From the IMG/VR virus record IMGVR_UViG_3300027770_000036: a stretch of DNA of 63,993 bases; one strand, 5' to 3'. Of this stretch, positions 1 through 8,380 are shown in pieces. Under the pieces are notes generated by a model. It saw only the letters and a program-made list of their open reading frames with translations, had not been told where the DNA came from and did no database searches. The position numbers and the translations under genes are program-made. The number at the start of each line of letters is the position of its first letter. Position 1 is the stretch's first letter. This DNA is from an uncultured virus (IMG/VR IMGVR_UViG_3300027770_000036) (lineage: Duplodnaviria > Heunggongvirae > Uroviricota > Caudoviricetes).

Positions 1-3000
1 CTGGGTCGCCTATACCTGTAACAGCCTTAAATGAATCGTAGAGAGCCAGCCTGTGATCTCCTATATCGGAGAATGACTTAGAGGCTTCTTTCATTTCATT
101 GTTAGTGTCTATTAGTTCTTTGTATAGATAGTTAGCATCAGCAATCATTGGAAGGCCACTACCGCCCATTAAGCTTACTGGCCTAAACAGTGGCGGAATA
201 ACTGGTACTTTGTTCATCATCCAATCTGATGGGTGTATCTTTAGCTCTTTAGATGACTTGAGGTATCCTAGCTTTCTTACAGCAGCATCTCTATAGGACT
301 TCTTTCCAGATGCTATATCAGCCCGGGCCTTAAGAAGCTCTCGATCAACATTTATTGATCCTAGTGCGCTCTTTATAGCCGCCGGGCCTGACGCTCCATT
401 AAGCTGCTCCTTGCCAGATAGGACTGCCCTAAACTTATCCTCTGTTAAACCTAGCACCCGCCTAATAGGGTCTTCCATTACTGGATTAGGCATTGCCTCA
501 TGAAGCTTTATATGACTCCAGTCTGTGCCTCCGTGGCCTCCAGTAAGTCTAACGTCAAATAAGCCACCACCAGCAGGCTCAAGCCCTTTGTCCCAGTCTA
601 CTGTGTCTGATCTCTGAATCTCTCTATTACCTGATAGGGAGTCTACGTCCTTATCGGTCATAGCCATTAACTGCGTTCTGGAGCCGTTCCTTACAGGGTT
701 AATTCCTGAGGCCTGCAGCTGCGCCATAAACTTTCTATAGGTAAGCGGCACCCTCGGAATAGGCATAGCCTTTCCAGTCATAAATGCTGCCCAGTAATCT
801 TCATTCTTTTGGCCTCTGATAGCGCCCGCATCTCTGGCAACTTCATGGGCTCCGTGAGAAAGAAGGGCATTAATATCCATCAAGGATACTCTCTTACTTC
901 CCTCTTCCCCGCCTCTAGCTGGAGTGTCTTCGGCAGTATAGCCGCCTGCACCTGCACCCCTACCCTGCCCCTTTGACTCAGATGTATGGTGTAGCTTCAT
1001 AAAGAAGCGGCTGCCGGTGAAAATTCCCTTTATCTTTTTACCTGTCTCGGGGTCTTCTATGTCTTCCATGTCGCTTAAGTTATTCTTCTTAAGCTCATTA
1101 ATAGCGAACTCTGTAAGATCATTGATATTTTCGAAGTCCTTTACGGCGTACCTTTTACCTGTCTTCTCGGCTATCTTGCCTAGGGCCGTCTCTATCATTT
1201 GACTAGGGTTTGTTCTTGTTATAACGCCGAGAGGGTTTAGTAGTACTTCAAAAGGTCTACCATTAGCATCTCTAGGCATTTTATCGTCTGGCACAATTGT
1301 AGATATAACGCCCTTATCGCCGTACCTTCCAGAAAGCTTATCGCCTTCTTTCATAGCGCTTAGGCTCTTTACAGTTACAGCTGTTCCTTTACCGGTTTTA
1401 GACACATCAGTAACTACACCATCGTTTTCGTGGTCCCAGGTTACAGAGTTATTACTAAACCCAGACCTAGACCTTCCAACTTGGTTATGTGACCTGGAGA
1501 GTATCTTAGACTGAACTATAAGTGGCTCTCCCTTTTTGACTACAGCCCCAGGCTGAATTACGCCATCATCGTCGAGCCTGTCTAGTACTTGTCTGGTATA
1601 CTCTGATGGAAATAAAGTTGTGAATGAGTTCTTACCCTGCTTAGTGTCCGCTCCATACTCTGCTTCATGCTGATACATGTGCTCAGAAGTAAGACGCTTA
1701 GCTGCAGCCTCTGAAATTACTATGGCATCCTCAAAGTTATGTCCCTTGTAGGGTATATAAGCCGTTCTAAGGTTCATACCTAAAGCGGTAGCGCCTTTAT
1801 CGTCAGTGTAGTTTGACTTGGCAAGAAGAGCCCCCTTGTTTATAACGTCTCCTACCTTTACAACTGGAGTGTTGTGTAAAAAGGTCTTTCTATTAAAAGG
1901 AAGATTATTATAGATCTCTTGCTTATACAACTTTCCGTCTCTACCTCTTATGTGTACTTCATCTCCGTCTACTTTAATAACCTGCCCTTCTACCTCTGAG
2001 TGAATGGCCCCCATATGCTTTCCATAGGCCTCTTCATATGACTTGTCTGCCTCTTCTGGTATTCCGGACTGTACTAGGGGGGACTCTGCATTTTGAAGGG
2101 GTAGTGCCTGGGTTAACATACGTGAGCCCATCATTACTCTCTGCCCTTTAGACGCACTCTTAAGTGGTATAAGATTAGCTAAGTGATTAAATGCGTTCTC
2201 CATCTTTGGCAGTTCGTAGTTAACACTAGCCCTATCGACATACTTAATCTTTCCGCCTACAAGGGCGGCTACCTTAGCCTTAGTCTTATCTGCCAGCTCT
2301 CCAGGAAATGCTATTATAGACCCAGACAGCTCCTGAGGGGTCTTCCAGCTATCCTTACCTGTTTTAACATCTCTGAAGTTAGAGTAAAGCTTTCCGTCTA
2401 GACCCTTTCTGCTGTTAATAGCAATTCTGCTATCCACGCCTACTTTAAGTGACTCAGGTGTAAGTAGCGGATCTATAAACCCTAGATGAGACGGTTGAAC
2501 ATTCCTAGCCTCTTCAGGTACTGCCTGCAAGGATGGAATACCCCCCTCTCCTAGTCGACTTACTCTTGTTACTTGATTAAGAAGATCTGCTGGATTCACC
2601 TCTTCAAGAGGCTGACCAAGTCCGCTTGATGTAATAGCACTATTCAAGTGAGAAGTAAGAAACCCAGGAGAGAAGGAGCTAAGATTCTTCTTAAAGCTAG
2701 ACCTCCATAGAAGAGGCCTCATTATTCTATGAGCTGCCTTAGCTCTCTCTGAGAATAAGTCCTCAGGCCCGTACATGTTTTGATATGCCATAGAATCTCT
2801 ATCATCTGGATCAGAGGACAGATTGTGTACTGCTAGGATTCTCTTAGTTGCGGCTAATATAGAGTCTGAAGATACATTCTTAAACGGATGGCCTAGGGTA
2901 GCCTTCGTGACCTCTGGATCCATCTCCATCTTTGACATAGCTTCGAATATAGCCTTCCTTCTGCTCTCGTCGTTAGGAATATCACCAGGCTTGGTCTTGC

Positions 3001-3772
3001 ATATCTTATCGTAGATCTTATTAAGATGCTGAGGGTCATCTAGGAGAGCGTTAGACGCGTATATATCATTTCCCCAGGCTTCTCTTATACTTTTATCGTT
3101 CGCTCCCATAGCTTTTAAGATTGGCATAAGAGGAACACTGGACTGTCCAAAGGAAATATTGAATGTTCCCTTTTCTGGGTTAAGTGAGTATCTGTGCGAA
3201 GGGCCTTTGCCTGGCATAACGTTGACGTGGCTTTCTACATCACCACTATTAGTTATTCTAGTGAACACCCCTGGCCTAAGTCTCATCTGGTTAGCTAGAG
3301 TGTACTCAGTACCGTTTAGAATGTAGGTTCCCCTATCTGTAAGATAAGGAATTTTTGCTATCGTAGTTCTTCTACTCTCTAAAACCTCACCAGTTGCATT
3401 ATCAGTAAGGTGCATAGTACCTTGAAGGCCTCGGCTTAAAGTAGTTCCTTTAAGTATGGCTTCTTTTTGTTTCTTTATAGACTTGGTCTCGTCTCTGTCC
3501 GCCCAGCCTACGTCAGAGATGGATAAGGTGTGTCTTTGATTAGTTAAAGGCGGTAGTGAGGACATAGCTGCCTGCACTCCTCCAAAGATGGCTGTCCTAG
3601 TCGACTTTATATCGTCGAACTTTCTCATAGTCGGGTTTGCAATTGCAGGGGGCGGTAGAGATACAGTTACGGGAGCAGCAGGGCCAGAAGGCACTAAGCC
3701 GATTGGCTTTACGCTGATCGGCTTAGATCCCAAAACTCCTAGTTCATCTTCGTCTGAGAATATTCCAGCCAT
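1..3772 (-). CDS. Multisubunit DNA-directed RNA polymerase, beta fused to beta' (partial, runs off left edge)
   Basis: Not in the ORF track because it is open at the edge. Manual translation from ATG 3772 (SD GGAG) gives beta motifs KIPYLTDRGTYILNGTEY, GHNFEDAIVISE, EGDKLSGRYGDKGVIS, LNPLGVITRTN and FFMKLHH. The same frame continues into beta'-like GGGLFDVRLTG, WSHIKL and VPVIPPLFRP...DANYLY. Confidence 0.9.
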   Translation of the reverse strand, partial: MAGIFSDEDELGVLGSKPISVKPIGLVPSGPAAPVTVSLPPPAIANPTMRKFDDIKSTRTAIFGGVQAAMSSLPPLTNQRHTLSISDVGWADRDETKSIKKQKEAILKGTTLSRGLQGTMHLTDNATGEVLESRRTTIAKIPYLTDRGTYILNGTEYTLANQMRLRPGVFTRITNSGDVESHVNVMPGKGPSHRYSLNPEKGTFNISFGQSSVPLMPILKAMGANDKSIREAWGNDIYASNALLDDPQHLNKIYDKICKTKPGDIPNDESRRKAIFEAMSKMEMDPEVTKATLGHPFKNVSSDSILAATKRILAVHNLSSDPDDRDSMAYQNMYGPEDLFSERAKAAHRIMRPLLWRSSFKKNLSSFSPGFLTSHLNSAITSSGLGQPLEEVNPADLLNQVTRVSRLGEGGIPSLQAVPEEARNVQPSHLGFIDPLLTPESLKVGVDSRIAINSRKGLDGKLYSNFRDVKTGKDSWKTPQELSGSIIAFPGELADKTKAKVAALVGGKIKYVDRASVNYELPKMENAFNHLANLIPLKSASKGQRVMMGSRMLTQALPLQNAESPLVQSGIPEEADKSYEEAYGKHMGAIHSEVEGQVIKVDGDEVHIRGRDGKLYKQEIYNNLPFNRKTFLHNTPVVKVGDVINKGALLAKSNYTDDKGATALGMNLRTAYIPYKGHNFEDAIVISEAAAKRLTSEHMYQHEAEYGADTKQGKNSFTTLFPSEYTRQVLDRLDDDGVIQPGAVVKKGEPLIVQSKILSRSHNQVGRSRSGFSNNSVTWDHENDGVVTDVSKTGKGTAVTVKSLSAMKEGDKLSGRYGDKGVISTIVPDDKMPRDANGRPFEVLLNPLGVITRTNPSQMIETALGKIAEKTGKRYAVKDFENINDLTEFAINELKKNNLSDMEDIEDPETGKKIKGIFTGSRFFMKLHHTSESKGQGRGAGAGGYTAEDTPARGGEEGSKRVSLMDINALLSHGAHEVARDAGAIRGQKNEDYWAAFMTGKAMPIPRVPLTYRKFMAQLQASGINPVRNGSRTQLMAMTDKDVDSLSGNREIQRSDTVDWDKGLEPAGGGLFDVRLTGGHGGTDWSHIKLHEAMPNPVMEDPIRRVLGLTEDKFRAVLSGKEQLNGASGPAAIKSALGSINVDRELLKARADIASGKKSYRDAAVRKLGYLKSSKELKIHPSDWMMNKVPVIPPLFRPVSLMGGSGLPMIADANYLYKELIDTNNEMKEASKSFSDIGDHRLALYDSFKAVTGIGDP

Positions 3773-3783
3773 TTATACTTCTC

Positions 3784-5043
3784 CTAGCCCATAGAGTACC
3801 AGGGCTTCTTGACTTTAGGGGCTACAGGTTCTGGCATTACGTTTATAGGAGTGCCCTCTTCCTGCTGCCGTCTTAAGAATTCTGAAAGGTACTTGTAGGA
3901 CTCTTCTGTATCCTTGTCTTCGTTTTTAGCGGCTCTGGCTCCGTAGTAAGTTCCGGCTCCCCCAGCAAGAAGTCCTCCAGCTAGCATTGCGCCGTTTACT
4001 CCTGTTAGGGCCTTGCCACCGTAGCGCTTAAGAAAGTTCCACGAGTCATCGATTGCACCTGGAACGGCCTTGGCGGCGTCAATAGCGGCGACCGTTGCCC
4101 CGGGAACACCACCGAAAATGTGCTGGAGGGGGTTGTTAGGGGCCTGGCCGGGGCTGCCGTATACAGCCTCTGACATAAGGTTCCATGCACCTCCTGCCCT
4201 CTGCAAGTTTTCTAGGCCGTTTGGAATTAAGCCAGCGATAGGGTCTATGACATATTTATTGAGCCAACTAGCTCTCTTTTCATTATCATCTAAAGCAACA
4301 CTGGCAAGCTTTTCTAGATTCTCATACAACTCATCAATATCTCTATTGCCGGATCCAGCCTTTATAACCTGCCTAACTGGGCTGTTTTCCTGTGCTTGCA
4401 TCAAAGCTTTTGAGAACTCTAACTTAGCCTCATCAGTATCATCTTTCTTGTCGGCATAATCTCTTTTTCTAATTAGACTTTTAGACAACATATTTCCGGC
4501 TATCATAGGTACAGCCCCGGCTACTACAGCTCCTGGCAAAAAGTAAGGATTTGTAGTAATGTGTTCTAAAGTGTCTTTACCAAAACTGCCTCCACTCGAG
4601 CCAGCAGCGGCACGTATGCCGCTGACAAGGTCGTTATTCCAGAGGTAACTAAGTAGTTTAGTAACATCGCTTGATCTTTTTTCTACTACTTCTGTAGTAA
4701 AGGATCTTTCAGATAATAGGCTATGAGGCCTCACACTTAAAGCGCCAGATTTTACAACTTTAGCAATATCAAAGTTCTTTAATTCTTTTACGGATTTTGA
4801 TTTCTTTTTTTTAGTGGGAAGCTCGTAGTACGGTGCAGCCGCGGACATTGATGATTCCGGCACAGGAATAGAGGCGTAAGCACCTCCGGAGGTGGGAAGC
4901 ATTAGAGGGTGTTCTGGTCTATAAAGTTCTCGTAAAAGAGGCACGCCAGCGCCAAAAGCTAAAGAGGCTAAAGCTATGTTCTTTAGAGTATTAGACATTT
5001 CAGGGGTGTAGCCTAAGATCGCTCTCTTATTAAAATCAGCCAT
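3784..5043 (-). CDS. Probable virion protein with Gly/Ala-rich hydrophobic segments
   Basis: 419 aa ORF with KRA/KSG/KLA-type motifs and glycine-zipper-like segments (AGGLLAGGAGTYYG). Confidence 0.5.
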   Translation of the reverse strand: MADFNKRAILGYTPEMSNTLKNIALASLAFGAGVPLLRELYRPEHPLMLPTSGGAYASIPVPESSMSAAAPYYELPTKKKKSKSVKELKNFDIAKVVKSGALSVRPHSLLSERSFTTEVVEKRSSDVTKLLSYLWNNDLVSGIRAAAGSSGGSFGKDTLEHITTNPYFLPGAVVAGAVPMIAGNMLSKSLIRKRDYADKKDDTDEAKLEFSKALMQAQENSPVRQVIKAGSGNRDIDELYENLEKLASVALDDNEKRASWLNKYVIDPIAGLIPNGLENLQRAGGAWNLMSEAVYGSPGQAPNNPLQHIFGGVPGATVAAIDAAKAVPGAIDDSWNFLKRYGGKALTGVNGAMLAGGLLAGGAGTYYGARAAKNEDKDTEESYKYLSEFLRRQQEEGTPINVMPEPVAPKVKKPWYSMG

Positions 5044-5405
5044 TACGGTCTCCTATTACTATTCGGAATTAGCTTTCCTCTTACTTCCGCCCACTCCATG
5101 TGGACAGATATCTTTTTATTATCCTCTGATATCAACTTGGTTCTATCAAGCTGAATACAGGCTTTGTTAGCTATCTGGTCCCTTACATTAGTGTACTCTT
5201 TAAGGTCCACCTCGTTATTAAGATCAAACAGTCTAACCTTAACGTCAAGCTGAAGAGGTATGTTTTCGTACTCTTCTTGAGTAAGGTTAGGAGCTGAGGG
5301 CCCGTCTAATATGGGAAAGCCCTGTGCGGTTGTTCCGCTAGTCTGCCTATACTTTACTCCTACTCCGCCTAGACCAAACTGGTTTAATATACCTAAGTCT
5401 CTCAT
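5043..5405 (-). CDS. Hypothetical protein
   Basis: 120 aa ORF tightly coupled to its neighbours. Confidence 0.7.
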   Translation of the reverse strand: MRDLGILNQFGLGGVGVKYRQTSGTTAQGFPILDGPSAPNLTQEEYENIPLQLDVKVRLFDLNNEVDLKEYTNVRDQIANKACIQLDRTKLISEDNKKISVHMEWAEVRGKLIPNSNRRP

Positions 5406-5415
5406 AGTAGCCTTT

Positions 5416-6522
5416 CTAGTATCTGGTTACGCCAGAAATACCTTTACTTCTTTCTTTTCTACGCTTAGCTAGCTCGGACTGCTGCTTTAATTGTCTAGTC
5501 TGTTTCTCGTACTCGTTTAGCAACTCTTCCTGCATCATTTCTTCCCTTGAAGGAAGATTAGGTTTAAGCAGCGTGTTGTAAGCCGCAGGCCCGCCTATGT
5601 AGTACCCTGCAGCTAGGGGAGCCCCTATTGCTGTAGCGCCGGCCAGCCAAGGAAGGGTAGAGAGTAGACCACCGGCCGCGGTGCCCGCTGCGCCTATGCC
5701 AGCCACGGTAAGATCTTTACCGGCAACAAGCGTGTTACCTATTCCGGTACCCGCTGCAGAGGCTCCCCACCCCAGACCTGCCATGATCTTATCGGCCACT
5801 TCTCCTAATAGGGCTTTTTTCTCATACATAGCCCTCTTCTCAGAGAAGTAAAGAGCTTGCTTAGCTCTTTCGCATATCTGCTCCATAGTTAAACCGTCTT
5901 CTATACACTTGGACAGAAATGCCAATTTAAACAGTTGTTTACCTGTCATGTTGTGGCTACCTTTCTTTTGGGGAAAGTTTGATGTGGCGTATGTTCCGCC
6001 TGTTGCAGGCTTAGGAGTAGCAGTAACAGCAGGAGTAGCAGTAACAGCAGGAGTAGCAGTAACAGCAGGAGCTGGTGTAGCTCCGGGAGGAGCACCTGTC
6101 ATAGGGGCTGGAGAAGGAGTAGGAGCAGCTAGCGAAGGAGGGGCAGTATATCCAGGTGACCCTTCCATTAGATCATTTTTGTTTGGGGCCCACGCCCCTG
6201 TGGCTCTGTTAAACCCTATGTTATCGTCTAACGTTTTTAATTTTTGTGGCACGTTTGCAAGAGTTTTAAACTGATTAGCAGCGTTAACAAACCTCATATC
6301 GTTAGGGTTTTTCATAGAGCTAGCCATTTGGGTCCTAAGCACCTTAGCGCTGTAGCTATTTGGGTCATCCCACAGCCCTTGGTTTAGACCCATTCCCGTT
6401 ACTCTCTTCTGCATCGCGGGATTCATCTCTCCCCAGTAGCTCTGCCCCATTAAGGGGTCTTTTTGGTTTGCTGATGTTACGTAGGCATCTACTCTGTTTG
6501 GAGGATTTACTGGTGGTGGCAT
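5416..6522 (-). CDS. Probable virion protein with Pro/Thr linker, glycine zipper and coiled coil
   Basis: 368 aa; PAVTAT repeats, FKLAF/EKRA/EKKA motifs, long Gly/Ala hydrophobic stretch. Confidence 0.55.
   Translation of the reverse strand: MPPPVNPPNRVDAYVTSANQKDPLMGQSYWGEMNPAMQKRVTGMGLNQGLWDDPNSYSAKVLRTQMASSMKNPNDMRFVNAANQFKTLANVPQKLKTLDDNIGFNRATGAWAPNKNDLMEGSPGYTAPPSLAAPTPSPAPMTGAPPGATPAPAVTATPAVTATPAVTATPKPATGGTYATSNFPQKKGSHNMTGKQLFKLAFLSKCIEDGLTMEQICERAKQALYFSEKRAMYEKKALLGEVADKIMAGLGWGASAAGTGIGNTLVAGKDLTVAGIGAAGTAAGGLLSTLPWLAGATAIGAPLAAGYYIGGPAAYNTLLKPNLPSREEMMQEELLNEYEKQTRQLKQQSELAKRRKERSKGISGVTRY
6013..6071. repeat. 18-bp tandem repeat (about 3 copies) encoding PAVTAT
   Basis: aggagtagcagtaacagc repeated three times. 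Confidence 0.9.
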
Positions 6523-6526
6523 GATG

Positions 6527-6931
6527 TTATCCTAATACGATTCCTGATTTAGTTACTTTATTACTTGGTACACTGGCGCCAGTGGACCAGATCTTTCTAT
6601 TGTCGTGAGCTAGCTCTTTAGCTGCTCTAGGGTCTGTAGGATCTCCCTGCTCTCTAGCCTCTTGTATGCACAGCATTATATCTCTAGCTGCACCAATAAG
6701 GGCTCTCTTCTCATCAGCGTAAGTAGCTCTAGAGGCTTCCTCAAAGAGGGCTTTGGCTCTAGGCCTCATAGCTGCAGAGGTCTCCGCCTTCTGGGAGCCA
6801 TCTCTTTCGTCGTTAATTTGAATAAGACCATCCTCTGCCCAGAACTCAATCTGGTTATACTTATAGATGTTCTTAGTCTTCAAGTTAGGAGAGTCCATTC
6901 TATCCCTTTCCATAATAAAATAATAATACAC
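6527..6931 (-). CDS. Hypothetical protein
   Basis: 134 aa ORF in operon context; true start may be a downstream Met. Confidence 0.65.
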   Translation of the reverse strand: MYYYFIMERDRMDSPNLKTKNIYKYNQIEFWAEDGLIQINDERDGSQKAETSAAMRPRAKALFEEASRATYADEKRALIGAARDIMLCIQEAREQGDPTDPRAAKELAHDNRKIWSTGASVPSNKVTKSGIVLG

Positions 6932-6966
6932 TAATAAAAAAGATTTGTCATCTACTTTGCTAACTA

Positions 6967-8280
6967 CTATCCCCCGAATAATCCAGGTATAATACTCTTC
7001 ACTGCTCCGGCCACTATGCCAGCAGTTTGCAATGTTCTTTGGGCCTCTGGAGTAAGCCCGGCTAAAGCGCCTAAGATTTTACCCCCTATCGCGGCCTGAA
7101 CGTATCCGGCCCCCATACCCATGCCCACTCTAGCTATGTCCATAGGTGACACAAATCTAGAGGGCCCTCCTATGTTGCTAGCAGCATTGATAAGACCAAG
7201 TGTAGCATACTGCATAGGGGTAGGCGTAAAGGGATCATTAAGCACTAATCTGTTAAATGCGTCAACTGGAATAGGCTCTAGGCTTATAGATTGACCCATT
7301 CCAGTAAATCCATCGGCAGCCTTCTGCATGCTCTCAGTTATCTCTGGTTGTATAGCAGCTAAGGCTTCGGCTGCTTGCTTTATAGGGCTTACAGTCTTTG
7401 GGCTACCAAAGAGAACATTAGGAGTTGTGAAAGCCCTCCATGAACTCTTGTTTCTATCTGGATTGAGAGGGCTGTCCCAAGTACCAGCTCCTAGTGCAGC
7501 TAGGCTCGCGCCAGGTAGGGTGCCTGCAACTCCGCCTAAAATAGCTAAGTTCTTTCTAAGTCTACCCTTCTCAAACACTGATGGAGCTAAGCTCTCTGCT
7601 ATAGTTCCGGCTCCATATCCTAGTCCAGCTGATAATGCTCCGCCTGCAAGCATAGAGGCTAAAGGAGTAGCGCCTCCTATTGCGTCTGAAAATCTAGAAG
7701 GCCTGAGCATCATGGCCTTAGCGATAGGGCCAAAGAAATCGGATGCCAACATATCTCTGGCGCACTTGACAAGTATCCATGGAGGACCCTCAGATAAGTT
7801 ATCCGCAGGTTGGCACACATCGTGGGCTATAGCTTCCTTCTCAAGAGAAATGGAGGCGTCTCCATCTTTCTCTACTACGACTCTATTATCATAGGGGTTA
7901 ACCCAGGCGTAAGTACCTGGCAGTAAAGCATTTGCAACTTTATTATACGTAGCTCTTACAGCATTAGCGTACAGCACTACCTGCTCTGGTACGTCTTCCC
8001 ACAATAAATTACTAGAAGATTTCATCATAGGGGGTTGTCGCTTTATAGCATCCGGAATAATATTACTAGGTACATGTATCTTAAAATTAGTTGGAACGTG
8101 AGTTATGCCAGAGAACCTGCTATTTAATGTTGAGTCTATGACAAACTCTTCAGGGCTCTTATTTAATAGTTCCCTTAATATACGGTTCTTTTCTCCGTAA
8201 TCTTTTACGTCAGAGTATTTCTTTGCCTGTAGCAGTCGATAAAGACTTGTTTCAGGATTGATCTGCGGTTGTGCTTGCAT
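6967..8280 (-). CDS. Probable virion protein with glycine-zipper membrane segments
   Basis: 437 aa; KEA/KQAA/QKAA motifs and GxxxG-rich helices. Confidence 0.55.
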   Translation of the reverse strand: MQAQPQINPETSLYRLLQAKKYSDVKDYGEKNRILRELLNKSPEEFVIDSTLNSRFSGITHVPTNFKIHVPSNIIPDAIKRQPPMMKSSSNLLWEDVPEQVVLYANAVRATYNKVANALLPGTYAWVNPYDNRVVVEKDGDASISLEKEAIAHDVCQPADNLSEGPPWILVKCARDMLASDFFGPIAKAMMLRPSRFSDAIGGATPLASMLAGGALSAGLGYGAGTIAESLAPSVFEKGRLRKNLAILGGVAGTLPGASLAALGAGTWDSPLNPDRNKSSWRAFTTPNVLFGSPKTVSPIKQAAEALAAIQPEITESMQKAADGFTGMGQSISLEPIPVDAFNRLVLNDPFTPTPMQYATLGLINAASNIGGPSRFVSPMDIARVGMGMGAGYVQAAIGGKILGALAGLTPEAQRTLQTAGIVAGAVKSIIPGLFGG

Positions 8281-8380
8281 ATATATTAGCCCTCATAACA
8301 ATAATACCAATTCTAGGATACATGATCCATAGTATGTTCGTTGTTAAACCGTTTTACACCTAACTCTGAGGTTACGCCAT

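Noticed and set aside
1017..3794. Short plus-strand ORFs over the RNAP gene, and similar antisense ORFs throughout the window
   Set aside because: They are shadows of motif-bearing minus-strand genes and have no recognisable motifs of their own.
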